NCBI GenBank assembly: GCA_046497465.1
Contig: JAWOFO010000042.1
Location: 64,651-128,650, forward strand
Length of the DNA stretch: 64,000 bases
Origin: Desulfobia sp.
GTDB lineage: Bacteria > Desulfobacterota > Desulfobulbia > Desulfobulbales > SURF-16
Reading direction: 5' to 3'
In this document: positions 19,733 to 30,000 of the stretch, piece by piece
Layout of the letters: each line of letters starts with the position of its first letter
How positions within the stretch are numbered: position 1 is the first letter of the stretch
Notes under the pieces: model-generated
What the model was told of the DNA's origin: nothing
The model's database searches: none
What the model saw: only the letters and a program-made list of their open reading frames with translations
Made by a program: the position numbers and the translations under genes

Positions 19733-20089
19733 TCAGGCCGGCATTTCAGGTGCAGGTATATAATGCGACTCCTTCTCCGCCAGTTCCTTGATTTCGTCTA
19801 TCCGTTTTAGAACTGCGTCGATAGCATCGCCGCCCAGAGATTTGGTTTTGGTAATTTCTTCGAACAGGGTGCGGTTGAATGCAATGGGTACATCCGTAAT
19901 AAAACCCCGGGAATCTGTACGGGCAGTATGAAAGGCATCAACCACTTCCTTACACTTATCGTCGGAAATTTCCAAGGTGAAGCAATTAAGCGTTCCACCG
20001 AACATCTTGTCTACTTTGTCTTCCAGACCGCTGCCCTTTATTGCTGACAACCTTTTGTCGTCCAGAAGTACGGCAATATATTTAGCCAT
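19733..20089 (-). CDS. hypothetical 118-aa soluble protein co-transcribed with sat
   Basis: It starts 18 nt after the sat stop, with GGGAGGT upstream of the ATG, and is followed by the strong terminator. The translation MAKYIAVLLDDKRLSAIKG... has no family that I recognise. Confidence 0.7.
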   Translation of the reverse strand: MAKYIAVLLDDKRLSAIKGSGLEDKVDKMFGGTLNCFTLEISDDKCKEVVDAFHTARTDSRGFITDVPIAFNRTLFEEITKTKSLGGDAIDAVLKRIDEIKELAEKESHYIPAPEMPA

Positions 20090-20107
20090 GGTTTTTACCT
20101 CCCGTTT

Positions 20108-21469
20108 TTATAGTTCCATATGAGGTACATCAACCTCTAATGTTTTTTCCTTCTCTTCTACGTATCTCTGGTTACAGAAAGGATAGTCAAAATGCTTCCA
20201 CCACTTGACAACCGCCTTGTAAACTTCGGGTCTCATGATCACCCTGGGCGGGGTGACTCCTTCTGCCACCATACCTCTTAAGAAGCTGCCGCTGAACTTC
20301 TGTTTTTGTTTGTCGTGTCCGCAGTTCTCGCTGTAGGCTATTTCGTTGCATACCGGGCAGTACCAGAACTCTTTCATATTCTGGGGCAGAATTTTCAGCC
20401 CGTAAGGGGTCTCGTTAAGAGGTTCCGGGAAACCGTAGCTCGGGATCCCTTTTCCCCACAGAGTCTGGGTAGCCATTTTGTCGTAGTAATCACCAACCGC
20501 AGCATGGTCACGGCCGAACATGTGGTGGGTGCATCCCATGTTCTGTCTGATAATGCCGTGCAGCATGGATTCAAGAGGATTACCGTATCTCATGTCCCAC
20601 AGACAGATGGAGACCAGGTGCCGCTCGGGTTTGATATAGCCCCCTTCGTTGGTGGCGGCATGACCTTCGACGATAGTCTCGTCCGGATAGTCTCCGGGCC
20701 TCTTTACGCCTATGATGGCATTAACCTGGATGCCGTGGCACGGTTCAATATCACCGGTGTAGGCGGCATTTTTCATCAGCATTTCATGGCCCACATGGGG
20801 AACGTTACGGGTCTGGTGGTTAATAACGGTCCGCCAGCCTCTCTTGTCATATTCCGCCCTGGACTTTTCGGGCGGGAACCAGAAACGGTCAAAGGGCGGT
20901 TTCATTGCCGGTTCGTTGATAATGGTGTATTTCCCGGCCAGCACTACCGGTTTCAAATTTTTATATATCACCCAGCCGGGCATTTTTTTGTCAAACGCTT
21001 CCTGGACGACCTCGGGATTGCCTTCCGGTGTTCCAAAGGTCTTGGTGGCCAGCTCCTCGGCATTGTCAATACGCCATATCTCTTCCACATCGATCATGGC
21101 GAAAGGTTCGCCCTTGAGTCTCAGAAGGACACGGTCACCGACGGTCACACCAAGCTCTTTCAACTCTTCTTCGCTGATATCGTATACCAGGGGGTAAGGG
21201 AAAATCCAGCCGGTCAGCAGTCTTCTCTCCTTGAGGACTCGATCCACCTCCGCTTTTTTCATAGAGCCTTCTACAGGCGAGAAAAAGCCGTAGCAGATTG
21301 ACATGATTTCCCGGTATACATTTCTTATCGGTACTCCATTTTCATCCACGGTTGCCTTGATGTCGTGAACTGCATTGCAGCTTTTGGCCAGTTTCTTCCC
21401 GAGCTCAGGATCCCTGACCACCCTTTCTTCAAATCTGCCCCCGTGAGGCATGGGCCTTTGTATTAGCAT
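20108..21469 (-). CDS. sat: sulfate adenylyltransferase (ATP sulfurylase)
   Basis: 453 aa. The motif INHQTRNVPHVGHEMLMK (the QxRNxxHxGH nucleotide-binding motif) and GMRQ-like downstream blocks are typical of homo-oligomeric Sat. A strong AAGGAGG ribosome-binding site lies at 21477-21483. Confidence 0.9.
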   Translation of the reverse strand: MLIQRPMPHGGRFEERVVRDPELGKKLAKSCNAVHDIKATVDENGVPIRNVYREIMSICYGFFSPVEGSMKKAEVDRVLKERRLLTGWIFPYPLVYDISEEELKELGVTVGDRVLLRLKGEPFAMIDVEEIWRIDNAEELATKTFGTPEGNPEVVQEAFDKKMPGWVIYKNLKPVVLAGKYTIINEPAMKPPFDRFWFPPEKSRAEYDKRGWRTVINHQTRNVPHVGHEMLMKNAAYTGDIEPCHGIQVNAIIGVKRPGDYPDETIVEGHAATNEGGYIKPERHLVSICLWDMRYGNPLESMLHGIIRQNMGCTHHMFGRDHAAVGDYYDKMATQTLWGKGIPSYGFPEPLNETPYGLKILPQNMKEFWYCPVCNEIAYSENCGHDKQKQKFSGSFLRGMVAEGVTPPRVIMRPEVYKAVVKWWKHFDYPFCNQRYVEEKEKTLEVDVPHMEL

Positions 21470-21550
21470 TTAGATACCTCCTTACTTTTAATTTGCTGGC
21501 TTATCCCAATCTACCACGTGATGTATCGCAAATTTAACTTACAGAGCATC

Positions 21551-21579
21551 TTATTAATGCAATGTGGTTCTATTGTCAA
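21551..21579 (-). promoter_or_regulatory. candidate sigma70 promoter of the sat operon
   Basis: On the minus strand it reads TTGACA (21579-21574), a 17-nt spacer, then TAATAA (21556-21551). This leaves a 5' UTR of about 75 nt before the sat ATG. Confidence 0.45.
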
Positions 21580-21815
21580 GAAAATACTGAATGGGTATTC
21601 ATAAAATTGTGGCTGATCCGGTTCTTTTGTATTAAAGTTGTATGGGATGTGGCAAAGGAGTGTCTTGAGTGAAGATTTGAAAACGAGGTGGAAAACTATA
21701 TATGTAGAAAAGAGAGGGTTCTTTTAATTTAATACAGAAATGGACCGGCTGGCACTAACCCGCTACACACTACCGTGAAGGATCAGAACAGGCGATTTCA
21801 GAGGTTTTTTGACGT

Positions 21816-22247
21816 TCATACTTTTTTGTCAAATAAAATACCCATTATATCTTCCATCTTTTCCCGCAGCTCAAGGATTTCTTCCGAGGGTATCTGTCTG
21901 ACAATTTCCTCGGTTTCCCGGTCGGTCAACTGAGCGACAATGCTTTCGCTCTCCTCATGCTTATGGAAACCGAAGATGTAGGAACGGCTCATGGTATCGA
22001 ATTTGGACTGGATCTCTTTGATCGCTTCTTCCAGCTCTTCCTGGCTGAGATTCCCGCTTTTTTTCTGCCGGGTCCCTTTACCGTGCAGGGCCTGATCATC
22101 CAGTTTGCCGGAGTTGGTCTCCGTATTCTCCGGGACCGGTTTTACCTGCGGTGTTTCGTTTTTCTGCTGTTCAACAACGGGGGTGGAAGGAACAACATAA
22201 CCTTTGACATCGCTGCTTGTTATACTGGGATCCATGATGGCCTCCAT
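21816..22247 (-). CDS. flaG: flagellar protein FlaG family
   Basis: 143 aa. The C-terminal block VAQLTDRETEEIVRQIPSEEILELREKMEDIMGILFDKKV matches the conserved FlaG C-terminus (...tgEvIRQIPpEe.l.l...). Confidence 0.7.
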   Translation of the reverse strand: MEAIMDPSITSSDVKGYVVPSTPVVEQQKNETPQVKPVPENTETNSGKLDDQALHGKGTRQKKSGNLSQEELEEAIKEIQSKFDTMSRSYIFGFHKHEESESIVAQLTDRETEEIVRQIPSEEILELREKMEDIMGILFDKKV

Positions 22248-22286
22248 ATCTCTTTTCAGGACTTTTAGAGTAAAAGCCCGGTTGAT

Positions 22287-22769
22287 CTATATTGATAAAG
22301 ATAAAGCGGTTGGCTTCGTTAATTCATCCTGCTGCAGGTTTTCTTTTGCCCGGCTTTCCTGGTGACCAGCGTTTGCCTGCCAGCCGGATTCAAGCTCCAG
22401 CATGGCGGTGTTCTCCCAGATCTCCTTGAGCTTTTCCAGGTAACGCAGGGCCTGGCTCAGTACTTCCCGGTCTCCGAAAGCGGAAACTTTGGGCAGTTCG
22501 GTCAGTATTGAGTTATAGAGAGATTTCAGGAAGACGGCAGCCTCATTATCCTGGTCTGCCGGCACCGCTGAATAAAGTTCGGTAATTATGGCAATGGCCT
22601 TGCTCAGATTTTCTCCCCGCTTGGCCGGATCCTTTTTCTGCATCGCTTCCTCGGCCTGGTGAAGGTGGGCTATACTCCTTTCAAACATCATATGGACGAG
22701 TTTGAACGGGTGGATATTCACATTTTCTTCGGATCTGCGGTAAGCATTACGAGCTATAGCTGTATTCAT
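22287..22769 (-). CDS. fliS: flagellar export chaperone FliS
   Basis: It has the four-helix FliS pattern (AYRRSEE...PFKLVHMMFERSIAHLHQAEEAM...ENLSKAIAIITELYSAV...SLYNSILTEL...LEKLKEIWEN). The start was chosen at the ATG at 22769, which has a GGAG 8 nt upstream. The ORF track start is 22820. Confidence 0.8.
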   Translation of the reverse strand: MNTAIARNAYRRSEENVNIHPFKLVHMMFERSIAHLHQAEEAMQKKDPAKRGENLSKAIAIITELYSAVPADQDNEAAVFLKSLYNSILTELPKVSAFGDREVLSQALRYLEKLKEIWENTAMLELESGWQANAGHQESRAKENLQQDELTKPTALSLSI

Positions 22770-22924
22770 ACTAATTACTCCATGAATTTCCTTGGTTTTA
22801 TACCTGAAATCAACATCCATTGTCTGTATTCTATATCGGTCTAATTCAATGAAGTTTTAAGTATAAAAATATTTTTTTTGCTTTTAATATAAGGTTGCCT
22901 GTTTATATTTTATCCCTTATTATC

Positions 22925-22951
22925 TTTTCGCCAATCTAAAAGAATACTTTA
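22925..22951 (-). promoter_or_regulatory. candidate sigma28 (FliA)-type promoter upstream of fliS
   Basis: The minus strand reads TAAA-N15-GGCGAAAA, against the consensus TAAA-N15-GCCGATAA (4/4 and 6/8 matches). It lies about 155 nt upstream of the chosen fliS start. Confidence 0.35.
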
Positions 22952-23058
22952 AAGATTTTTTGCAGGATTTTTTGTTTGATTGGATAAAATCATTCGAAAC
23001 CGGGTGTCCTGAAATACTCATTCCCTGAAGACGGAAGGATTTCTGTCAAGTCATCTGT

Positions 23059-24414
23059 ATGGCCCCTAAAAATAAAACGTACTACATATGCCGGAATTGT
23101 GGCGTCTCCTTTAAAAAATGGTCCGGGCAATGTCCTGATTGCCGGCAGTGGAATACTCTGGAAGAGCAGGAAAAGGCGCCTGGTAAAATTCAGGGTTACA
23201 GCGGCGCCGCGGCACGGGTAGAACCTCTTGCCAAGGTCAGCCTTGATTTGGTTTCCCGGGTGCACACCGGAATGGCGGAATTCGATAGGGTTCTGGGTGG
23301 CGGTCTGGTCAGAGGCTCGGTAATTTTGGTCGGAGGGGATCCCGGAGTAGGGAAGAGTACCTGCCTTCTTCAGCTTTCTGCAAATTTAAGCCGGGAAATG
23401 ACCGTACTTTACGCCACCGGCGAGGAATCACCCCAGCAGATTGCCATGAGGGGCAGGCGCCTGGAGCTGGTGCATGATAACCTTTATGTGGCAGCGGAGA
23501 CCAGGGTTGAGGAGATTTGCCGGATGGCGGCAGATTATCAGGCCGGGGTTCTAATAGTGGATTCCATCCAGACTATGCAGACAGAAGAGGTTGATTATGC
23601 TCCGGGCAGTGTTTCGCAGGTGAGGGAGTCGGCGGCCCGCCTTACCAGGCTGGCCAAGGAGACTGGATTGGCGGTTTTTCTGATAGGGCATGTGACTAAA
23701 TCGGGCAGTATAGCCGGTCCCCGGGTACTTGAGCATATTATAGACGTGGTCTGTTATATGGAAGGAGAAAAAGACAGTCGTTTCCGCCTGGTCCGGGCAG
23801 TGAAAAACCGGTACGGAGCGGTCAATGAACTCGGGGTCTTTGCCATGACCGAAAGAGGTATGCGGGAAATAAGCAATCCTTCCGCCATTTTTTTGTCGGG
23901 TCTTGATGAAGTCCTGGCCGGTACCGTTATTATGGCGGTTTGGGAGGGTAGCCGGCCTCTGCTTGTGGAGATCCAGGCCCTAGTTGATGAAAGTCAGGCG
24001 GAGATGCCCCGTCGGCTGACACTGGGACTGGAACATAACAGGCTGGCCATGCTTCTGGCTGTCCTGCACAGGCACGGTGGAGTATCTACCTATAATAAAG
24101 ACATTTTTGTGAATGTAGTAGGTGGAGTAAAGGTTACCGAACCCGGGGCGGATCTGGCTGTGATCATGGCAATTGTCTCCAGTCTGAAAGATGAACCTTT
24201 GCCTGATGACCTGGTGGTTTTCGGAGAAACCGGCTTATCCGGGGAAATAAGACCTGTCCCGGGAGGCCAGGAAAGATTGCGGGAAGCGGCTAAACACGGT
24301 TTCAGGAGGGCTGTTGTACCCGGGGCAAATAAGCCCAAGGAACAGATCCCGGGGCTTGCGGTTATAGCTGTTCAGAAACTGAGTGAAGCCTTGGATGTTT
24401 TACCGTCCTTTTGA
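23059..24414 (+). CDS. radA: DNA repair protein RadA
   Basis: 451 aa with the N-terminal zinc finger YICRNCG...CPDC, Walker A GGDPGVGKST, the KNRYG motif (AVKNRYGAVNE) and a Lon-like C-terminal domain. Confidence 0.95.
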   Translation: MAPKNKTYYICRNCGVSFKKWSGQCPDCRQWNTLEEQEKAPGKIQGYSGAAARVEPLAKVSLDLVSRVHTGMAEFDRVLGGGLVRGSVILVGGDPGVGKSTCLLQLSANLSREMTVLYATGEESPQQIAMRGRRLELVHDNLYVAAETRVEEICRMAADYQAGVLIVDSIQTMQTEEVDYAPGSVSQVRESAARLTRLAKETGLAVFLIGHVTKSGSIAGPRVLEHIIDVVCYMEGEKDSRFRLVRAVKNRYGAVNELGVFAMTERGMREISNPSAIFLSGLDEVLAGTVIMAVWEGSRPLLVEIQALVDESQAEMPRRLTLGLEHNRLAMLLAVLHRHGGVSTYNKDIFVNVVGGVKVTEPGADLAVIMAIVSSLKDEPLPDDLVVFGETGLSGEIRPVPGGQERLREAAKHGFRRAVVPGANKPKEQIPGLAVIAVQKLSEALDVLPSF

Positions 24415-24479
24415 CTTGATCGTGGAATTACTTGATCATGGAATTACAGGAAGTACGGCAATAATCTGTATCTCCTTCG

Positions 24480-24508
24480 TTGACAAGGAAGGGGGGAGAT
24501 GATAATAT
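24480..24508 (+). promoter_or_regulatory. candidate sigma70 promoter for the tRNA-Ser pair
   Basis: TTGACA (24480-24485), a 17-nt spacer, then TAATAT (24503-24508). The element ends 17 nt before the first tRNA. Confidence 0.55.
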
Positions 24509-24525
24509 TTCTTTTTTAATACAGC

Positions 24526-24611
24526 GGAGGAATGGCCGAGCGGTCGAAGGCGGCGGTCTTGAAAACCGTTGAGCGAAAGCTCCGTGGGTTCGAATCCTAC
24601 TTCCTCCGCCA
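24526..24611 (+). tRNA. tRNA-Ser (anticodon UGA)
   Basis: Cloverleaf read by eye: acceptor ggaggaa/ttcctcc, anticodon loop cTTGAaa with stem gcggt/accgt, a long variable arm, T-arm gtggg-ttcgaat-cctac, and an encoded CCA. Confidence 0.9.
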
Positions 24612-24625
24612 TTATCTATATCTGC

Positions 24626-24718
24626 GGAGAGATGACCGAGCTGGCTGATGGTGCTCGCCTGCTAAGCGAGTGTGGGGGTCAAACTCCACCGAGGGTTCGA
24701 ATCCCTCTCTCTCCGCCA
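24626..24718 (+). tRNA. tRNA-Ser (anticodon GCU)
   Basis: Acceptor ggagaga/tctctcc, anticodon stem-loop ctcgc-cTGCTaa-gcgag, a long variable arm, T-arm gaggg-ttcgaat-ccctc, and an encoded CCA. Confidence 0.9.
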
Positions 24719-24844
24719 TTTTTATCACAAGACCAGGCAGTTATAAAGACAGAATAGCCAGAGTCACGCCAGGGCCCATCAGTAAAAAAAACAATGACGA
24801 AAGTTAAGCCGGAAGGGATATTTTCTTAAGCAGAGTTTCCTGCC

Positions 24845-26323
24845 ATGACTGCTGATCCCGGTAATGAAAATAATCCCAAGCCCAGCCTGCCTGCGGCCCT
24901 GCTGCCTATTGCTGTGACCATGGTTCTGATGCTGGTCCAGCTTGTGGTCTTTGACGAGTTCGCCCCCCATATACCCCTGGCCCTGGGAACGGCATTCACC
25001 GGAACCCTGGCTTGGTTCATGGGTTACAAATGGAGGCAGATGGAGACCGGCCTTTTCCACGTGGTCCATATCGGCCTGCCTTCAGTAGCCATCCTGATCA
25101 CCGTGGGAATGATTATCGGGACCTGGATTCTATCCGGAACCGTTCCTCTTCTGATCTATTACGGTCTGAAGATGATCACTCCCCAGTACTTTCCCCTGGC
25201 AGCCATGCTGATTACCTCGGTTGTATCTCTTGCCATAGGGACTTCCTGGGGTACCGTGGGCACGGTGGGCCTGGCCCTGGTGGGCATCGGCGACGGTCTC
25301 GGGATCCCGGTCGGCCTTACCGGCGGGGCCATAGTCTCCGGCGCCTTCTTCGGCGACAAGATGTCTCCCCTGTCAGATACAACCAATCTGGCCCCGGCGG
25401 TTACCTCCACCCAGCTGTTCAGCCATATCCGCAATATGATGGCTACTGCTGTACCGGCCATGCTGACAGCAGGCGCAGTGTACTGGGGGATGGGGCTGGA
25501 ATATGCCGGCCAGACCCTGCATACCGAAAGAGTGACTGTCATACTGGGCGGACTGGAGCAGAGCTTTGTTTTTCATCCCCTGATCCTTATCCCGGCCCTG
25601 CTGGTGATTCTTCTGGCAGTCAAACGGTTTCCCGCCCTGCCTACGCTGTTTGCGGGAATGCTTGCCGGGGCCCTGACCGCCATGATAGCCCAGGACGCCT
25701 CAGTTCACCAGATCTTTACGGTAATGCAGAACGGTTATGAAAGCGCCACTGGTATCATGGCGGTGGACAAGCTGCTCTCCAAGGGGGGGATCCAGTCCAT
25801 GATGTGGACCATATCCCTGGTTCTTATAGCCCTGGCTTTCGGGGGCATCCTGGAGAAGACCCGCTGCCTGGAAGTGGTCCTGAATTCCGTGATCGGCCGG
25901 GTACGGGGCAGGTTTTCCCTGGTGGCCCTAAGTACGGGCGGAGCGGCGGGGACCAACCTGATTACCGGTGATCCCTACCTGGCCATTGCCCTGCCGGGGA
26001 GGATGTTCTCTCCGGTTTTCCGGGGCCAGGGCCTGTCCACCCTTAACCTGTCCCGGGCCATTGAGGAGGGGGGCACCCTGTTAAATCCATTGGTACCCTG
26101 GAGTGCCGGGGGAGCCTTTACCGCCGCCGCCCTGGACATACCCACTCTTACCTATGCCCCCCTGGCCATTGCCTGCTGGTTGTCGCCCCTTATAGGCCTT
26201 CTCTATGCCAGCTTGGGCCGTTTTATGCCCGAGGCCGGTCCGGCCGAGCGCGAACAGTGGCGGCGGGACGGCGAACTCGTCATGGTCGGCAGAAAACTGG
26301 TAAAGGCAGGCGATCTGGAGTAA
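24845..26323 (+). CDS. nhaC: Na+/H+ antiporter, NhaC family
   Basis: 492-aa polytopic membrane protein. The blocks GTSWGTVGTVGLAL, GAFFGDKMSPLSDTTNLA and NPLVPWSAGGAF are typical of NhaC-type antiporters. Confidence 0.85.
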   Translation: MTADPGNENNPKPSLPAALLPIAVTMVLMLVQLVVFDEFAPHIPLALGTAFTGTLAWFMGYKWRQMETGLFHVVHIGLPSVAILITVGMIIGTWILSGTVPLLIYYGLKMITPQYFPLAAMLITSVVSLAIGTSWGTVGTVGLALVGIGDGLGIPVGLTGGAIVSGAFFGDKMSPLSDTTNLAPAVTSTQLFSHIRNMMATAVPAMLTAGAVYWGMGLEYAGQTLHTERVTVILGGLEQSFVFHPLILIPALLVILLAVKRFPALPTLFAGMLAGALTAMIAQDASVHQIFTVMQNGYESATGIMAVDKLLSKGGIQSMMWTISLVLIALAFGGILEKTRCLEVVLNSVIGRVRGRFSLVALSTGGAAGTNLITGDPYLAIALPGRMFSPVFRGQGLSTLNLSRAIEEGGTLLNPLVPWSAGGAFTAAALDIPTLTYAPLAIACWLSPLIGLLYASLGRFMPEAGPAEREQWRRDGELVMVGRKLVKAGDLE

Positions 26324-26370
26324 CCGGCAAGAGACAGTCCTTCCCTGATCAGGATTAATGGTCTCCCGGT

Positions 26371-27006
26371 TTAGGATGGCGGGACCTTTTTCTTTCTCCA
26401 GAGAGCGATCCCGGCCAGCCCGCCGCCCAGAAGGGTAACAGTTGCCGGCTCGGGGATGACATCGACCGAGGCGTTATTAACGGCATCGAAAGTCAGAGGG
26501 TCTCCCCGGGCATCGCCGAGTGCAATTACTGAAATATCCAGGGGGCTGGTTCCCAGGGCCAGGGCAGTAAAGGTCAGGGTGGCCAGGGTGAAGCTGGGAG
26601 CTTGGTTATTTATTAATATGTTGGGCTCATCGATTGAAATTTCATAGAAGTTGACAACATCATTTGTGCTGGCGTCGTAATCCCAGAAAATACCTTGGTC
26701 ATTAAAAGGTTCAGTATCAGCGAAATTCAATGAATTCGAAAAATCCACCTGGTCTCCTCGGTCCGGATCCCCAAAGCTGATACTGTCAAAATAAAGAATC
26801 AAGTCATCGTAATCCACATCCAGGTCAAAGGCGCTGAGGGAAGGCGCCACCCCGTCCCCGAGCCCGGAAATACTGAGGGCGGCATCTACGGTGCCGCCTT
26901 TTGGCACTTCCTGGAACAACGGATCTATACTGAGCATCAGGGCCTGTACCGGTAAGGCCCAGCAGCTTACTAGAACAAATATGAGGAGATTAAGATTTTT
27001 TTTCAT
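26371..27006 (-). CDS. cohesin-like secreted protein with C-terminal PEP-CTERM sorting signal
   Basis: 211 aa with signal peptide MKKNLNLLIFVLVSCWALPVQA. The beta-sandwich region follows a cohesin-like pattern (GGTVDAALSISGL...LSAFDLDVDYDDLILYFDSISFG...FTLATLTFTALALGTSPLDIS). The C-terminus VIPEPATVTLLGGGLAGIALWRKKK gives a PEP motif, a TM helix and a basic tail. The gene lies 36 nt downstream of the giant gene, with GGGAGGA before its ATG. Confidence 0.8.
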   Translation of the reverse strand: MKKNLNLLIFVLVSCWALPVQALMLSIDPLFQEVPKGGTVDAALSISGLGDGVAPSLSAFDLDVDYDDLILYFDSISFGDPDRGDQVDFSNSLNFADTEPFNDQGIFWDYDASTNDVVNFYEISIDEPNILINNQAPSFTLATLTFTALALGTSPLDISVIALGDARGDPLTFDAVNNASVDVIPEPATVTLLGGGLAGIALWRKKKVPPS

Positions 27007-27042
27007 TGGTTTTCCTCCCTAAATACAATCTCGTTGCTTCCT

Positions 27043-30000
27043 TTAGAACGGGTCTCCGGGAATAATATCCGCCCGGCCCTGTGCCCCCGTACTGTCGGTT
27101 ACGGTCAGGGTCAGCAGGTTGATATCTTCAGGAATACAGGCCCCGCTCCAGATCATGACAAAATCATTACCCAGGTAGCTGATCCCCAGACTGGAATTTT
27201 CTATAAGCTGGACAATCTCCGGATCATCACCCAGACTGAAAGAGTAAGGTTCAGTACCGCCCTCTATATCAAAGCCGGTCTCAAAGTAACACCTGTTTAC
27301 CACCTGAGTCGGAGGGGAGAGGGTGAGACCCTCTTCGGCATTGAGGATAAACCGGTATTCCACAGCCCGGCTGACCTCGGAGCGCAGCATAAGGGTACAG
27401 GTCCCTCCCTCCGGGGTCCCGACAGAGGCAAAGCCGCCCGAACCCTCCGCCAGCTGGACCTGATCGGGATCGAAAAGAAAGGCCCTGACTGCCGAGGCGG
27501 TCTCGTCTATCACCACCCCGTCTTCCGTCTCATCAACGTCCAGGGCTACCGGGTCTCCAGTACAGACCCAGGCAAAAACGTCTTCATCTCCCTCCTGTTC
27601 CAGGTTTCCGTTTACCATCTCCCCCAGGTCAATCGGCCTTGGTGCCCCCTGTCCCGAGATGTCGAACTGGATTTCCGGACTCAGGGGATCGTTGCTTTCA
27701 ATCGTCACCGTACCCTGGTAAATCCCGGTCGATCCCGGCTGGAAATCAACACTTATGATCCGGTCATCCCCTTCGGGTTCGATCTGAAAAGGGGTAGGGG
27801 GGACAGTAACAGTGAATACGCTGTCACCGCTGTAGGAAATACTGTTTACCTGCAGGGTTGCCTCGCCGGTATTGCCGATAGAGACGCTCCCGGAGCCACC
27901 TGCACCACAGGGGACTTCTCCGAAATCCAGGGAAGAAGGGGTCAGAGATATGGAGGAGGTTATGCCGTTGCCGGAGAGGGAGCCGTTGAACACCGGGGTA
28001 TCAGGGTCGTTGGATGCAATGGCAACGCTTCCGTATACGGGATCGGTACTTGAAGGAGTAAAAGTTACTGTCAGGCTGCAGGTCCCGGACGGAGCAAGCG
28101 TCCCGGTACAGTCAGAAGCGGCAGTCTCGAATTCGGAGGCCCCGGCTAAGGAGATATCGGTGATCTCGAGGTCGGCATCGCCGCTGTTTTTGATTATCAT
28201 ATCCTGTTCCTGAGAAGTGCCAAGGGGTACGTCGATAAAGACCAGGTTTCCGCCGATAACCACTAGGTCCGGTTCCAGCGCCGCCAGGCCGTTGCCGGAG
28301 AGGGCAATAATGATCGAAGGATCATCCGGATCATTGGAGGTTATGCCAAGTTCGGCTGAGGCCGGGCCGGTCACCGTGGGAGAGAATACCGTGCTGATCG
28401 TACAGTCGCTTGCAGCCGGAAGAACCCCGGGACAGTTATCAAGGTGGTAAATGTCTGCCGAGCCCGAAGTCGAGATCCCGGTTATATCAAGATCTGCATT
28501 GCCGGTGTTTGACAGGGTAACGGGTTGATTTGCGGTATAGCCGATATTGATATCCCCGAAATCGACAGCCGCCGGTGCCACGGATATGTCAGGTTTCAGG
28601 AAAGAGATATCCCTGGTTGCGGATTCGCCCCGGGCATCTGTCACCCTTAAACGGAGCAGGGCGATATCCTGCGGTATACAGCCGTTGATCCGGAGCACTG
28701 CCTGGTCGTTGTTTTCGTACTCCACCTCAAAGCCTTCCGGGGGATAGTCCTGGTAAGGTGAACATATCACCGGCTCGGTTTGATAACAGCCACTCCAGCT
28801 GAACTGGTATGGTTTAAGCCCGCCGTATGCCTTGAAAGTTTTTTCACTTTCACAGAAGGGCAGTACCGCCTCCTCGGGACTGATAGCCAGAGGCCAGTAT
28901 TCGGCGGAACCTTGGTAAAAGATGTGGAGCATTCCGGAATAGCTCCGGCGGTTTTGCAGGGTCGGATCCGAGGGTTCCGGGGCATCGGCAACAGGATCGA
29001 TTATAAGCATGTCATCCCCTAGAAAAGGATTCAGGTCTCCGGCGCCGATAAAGACGCCGAATCCCGGTCTTGAAATCCCGGCTTTGGCTTGCGGACCTGT
29101 GAACAGGTAATCCAGGCCGTCTTCAAGGGCCGTTCCCGGATTATCGGTATAATCAATCTCCCCGGAGTACCACCGCCGGTTCTCCAGATGGATCAAATCT
29201 CCTCCCTCACTGTCTTCCCATAAGGGGGATTCACTGCCGTAGAGCACCCAGACGTGTCCCGGCAGATTTGCTCCGCCCCTGCCGGAAGGGGCTCCCACCA
29301 GTAAATCGTTAAAACCGTCATTGTTCAGATCTCCGGAAGACAGGGAGTAGCCGAATCTGCATATCGATCTTGAGCCGCTGATGAGTACGTCTTTTATGCC
29401 TTCGACGTTTACCAGGCCGTCAAGTTGGGTACTGTTTCCGTCGATCAGGTATACCCGTCCCACCCCGGTTTCATTTATCTCAACCCTGCTCTGGATCTCA
29501 GGGTCCTTGATCATGGAATGATACATCTCCAGTTCGAGTTTTGCAGAGGGCGCCCCGACAACTATCTCGCCTCTGCCGTCCCGGTTCAGATCAACTATGC
29601 CGGTAGAAGCTGCAAATCCCGTTCTCTCATCTTCGCTCCAGATCCTGGGGCCCTCGATGAGGACATCCTGATTTCCCTCAGAAAGCGGGCCGGCGTAGAG
29701 ATATCCCCGCAGCATTGAATCACCGTAAAAGATATAGGCTGCTCCCTGACGCAGAGACAGTTCAGCCCCGGCCGGGACTCTGCCATAGTCCGGTGCCCCT
29801 ATGAGCAGGTCGTCATGGCCGTCCCCGTTGATATCTTCCATTGCCAGTGATTTCCCCAGCCCGTCGCCTTTGTACTGCACGTATTCACCGGTCTGAAAGT
29901 CGATAATATCAGTCTGGTAGACATTCTGTCCCTCTATGACAGCGCGGTAGGGACGGAACAAGTATAAGTCGTCCGGGATCTTCACGTCTTTGGGCATGGA

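Noticed and set aside
27034-28053. Long + strand ORF (339 aa). Similar long antisense ORFs occur elsewhere, for example 20306-21301 +, 25012-25740 +, 30247-31008 +, 36193-37284 - and 15705-16220 +.
   Set aside because: Each lies entirely antisense to, or out of frame within, a strongly supported gene (the giant gene, sat, nhaC, mpl, ilvD). Their translations are low-complexity Arg/Gly/Pro-rich shadow sequences with no motifs. They are treated as non-coding.
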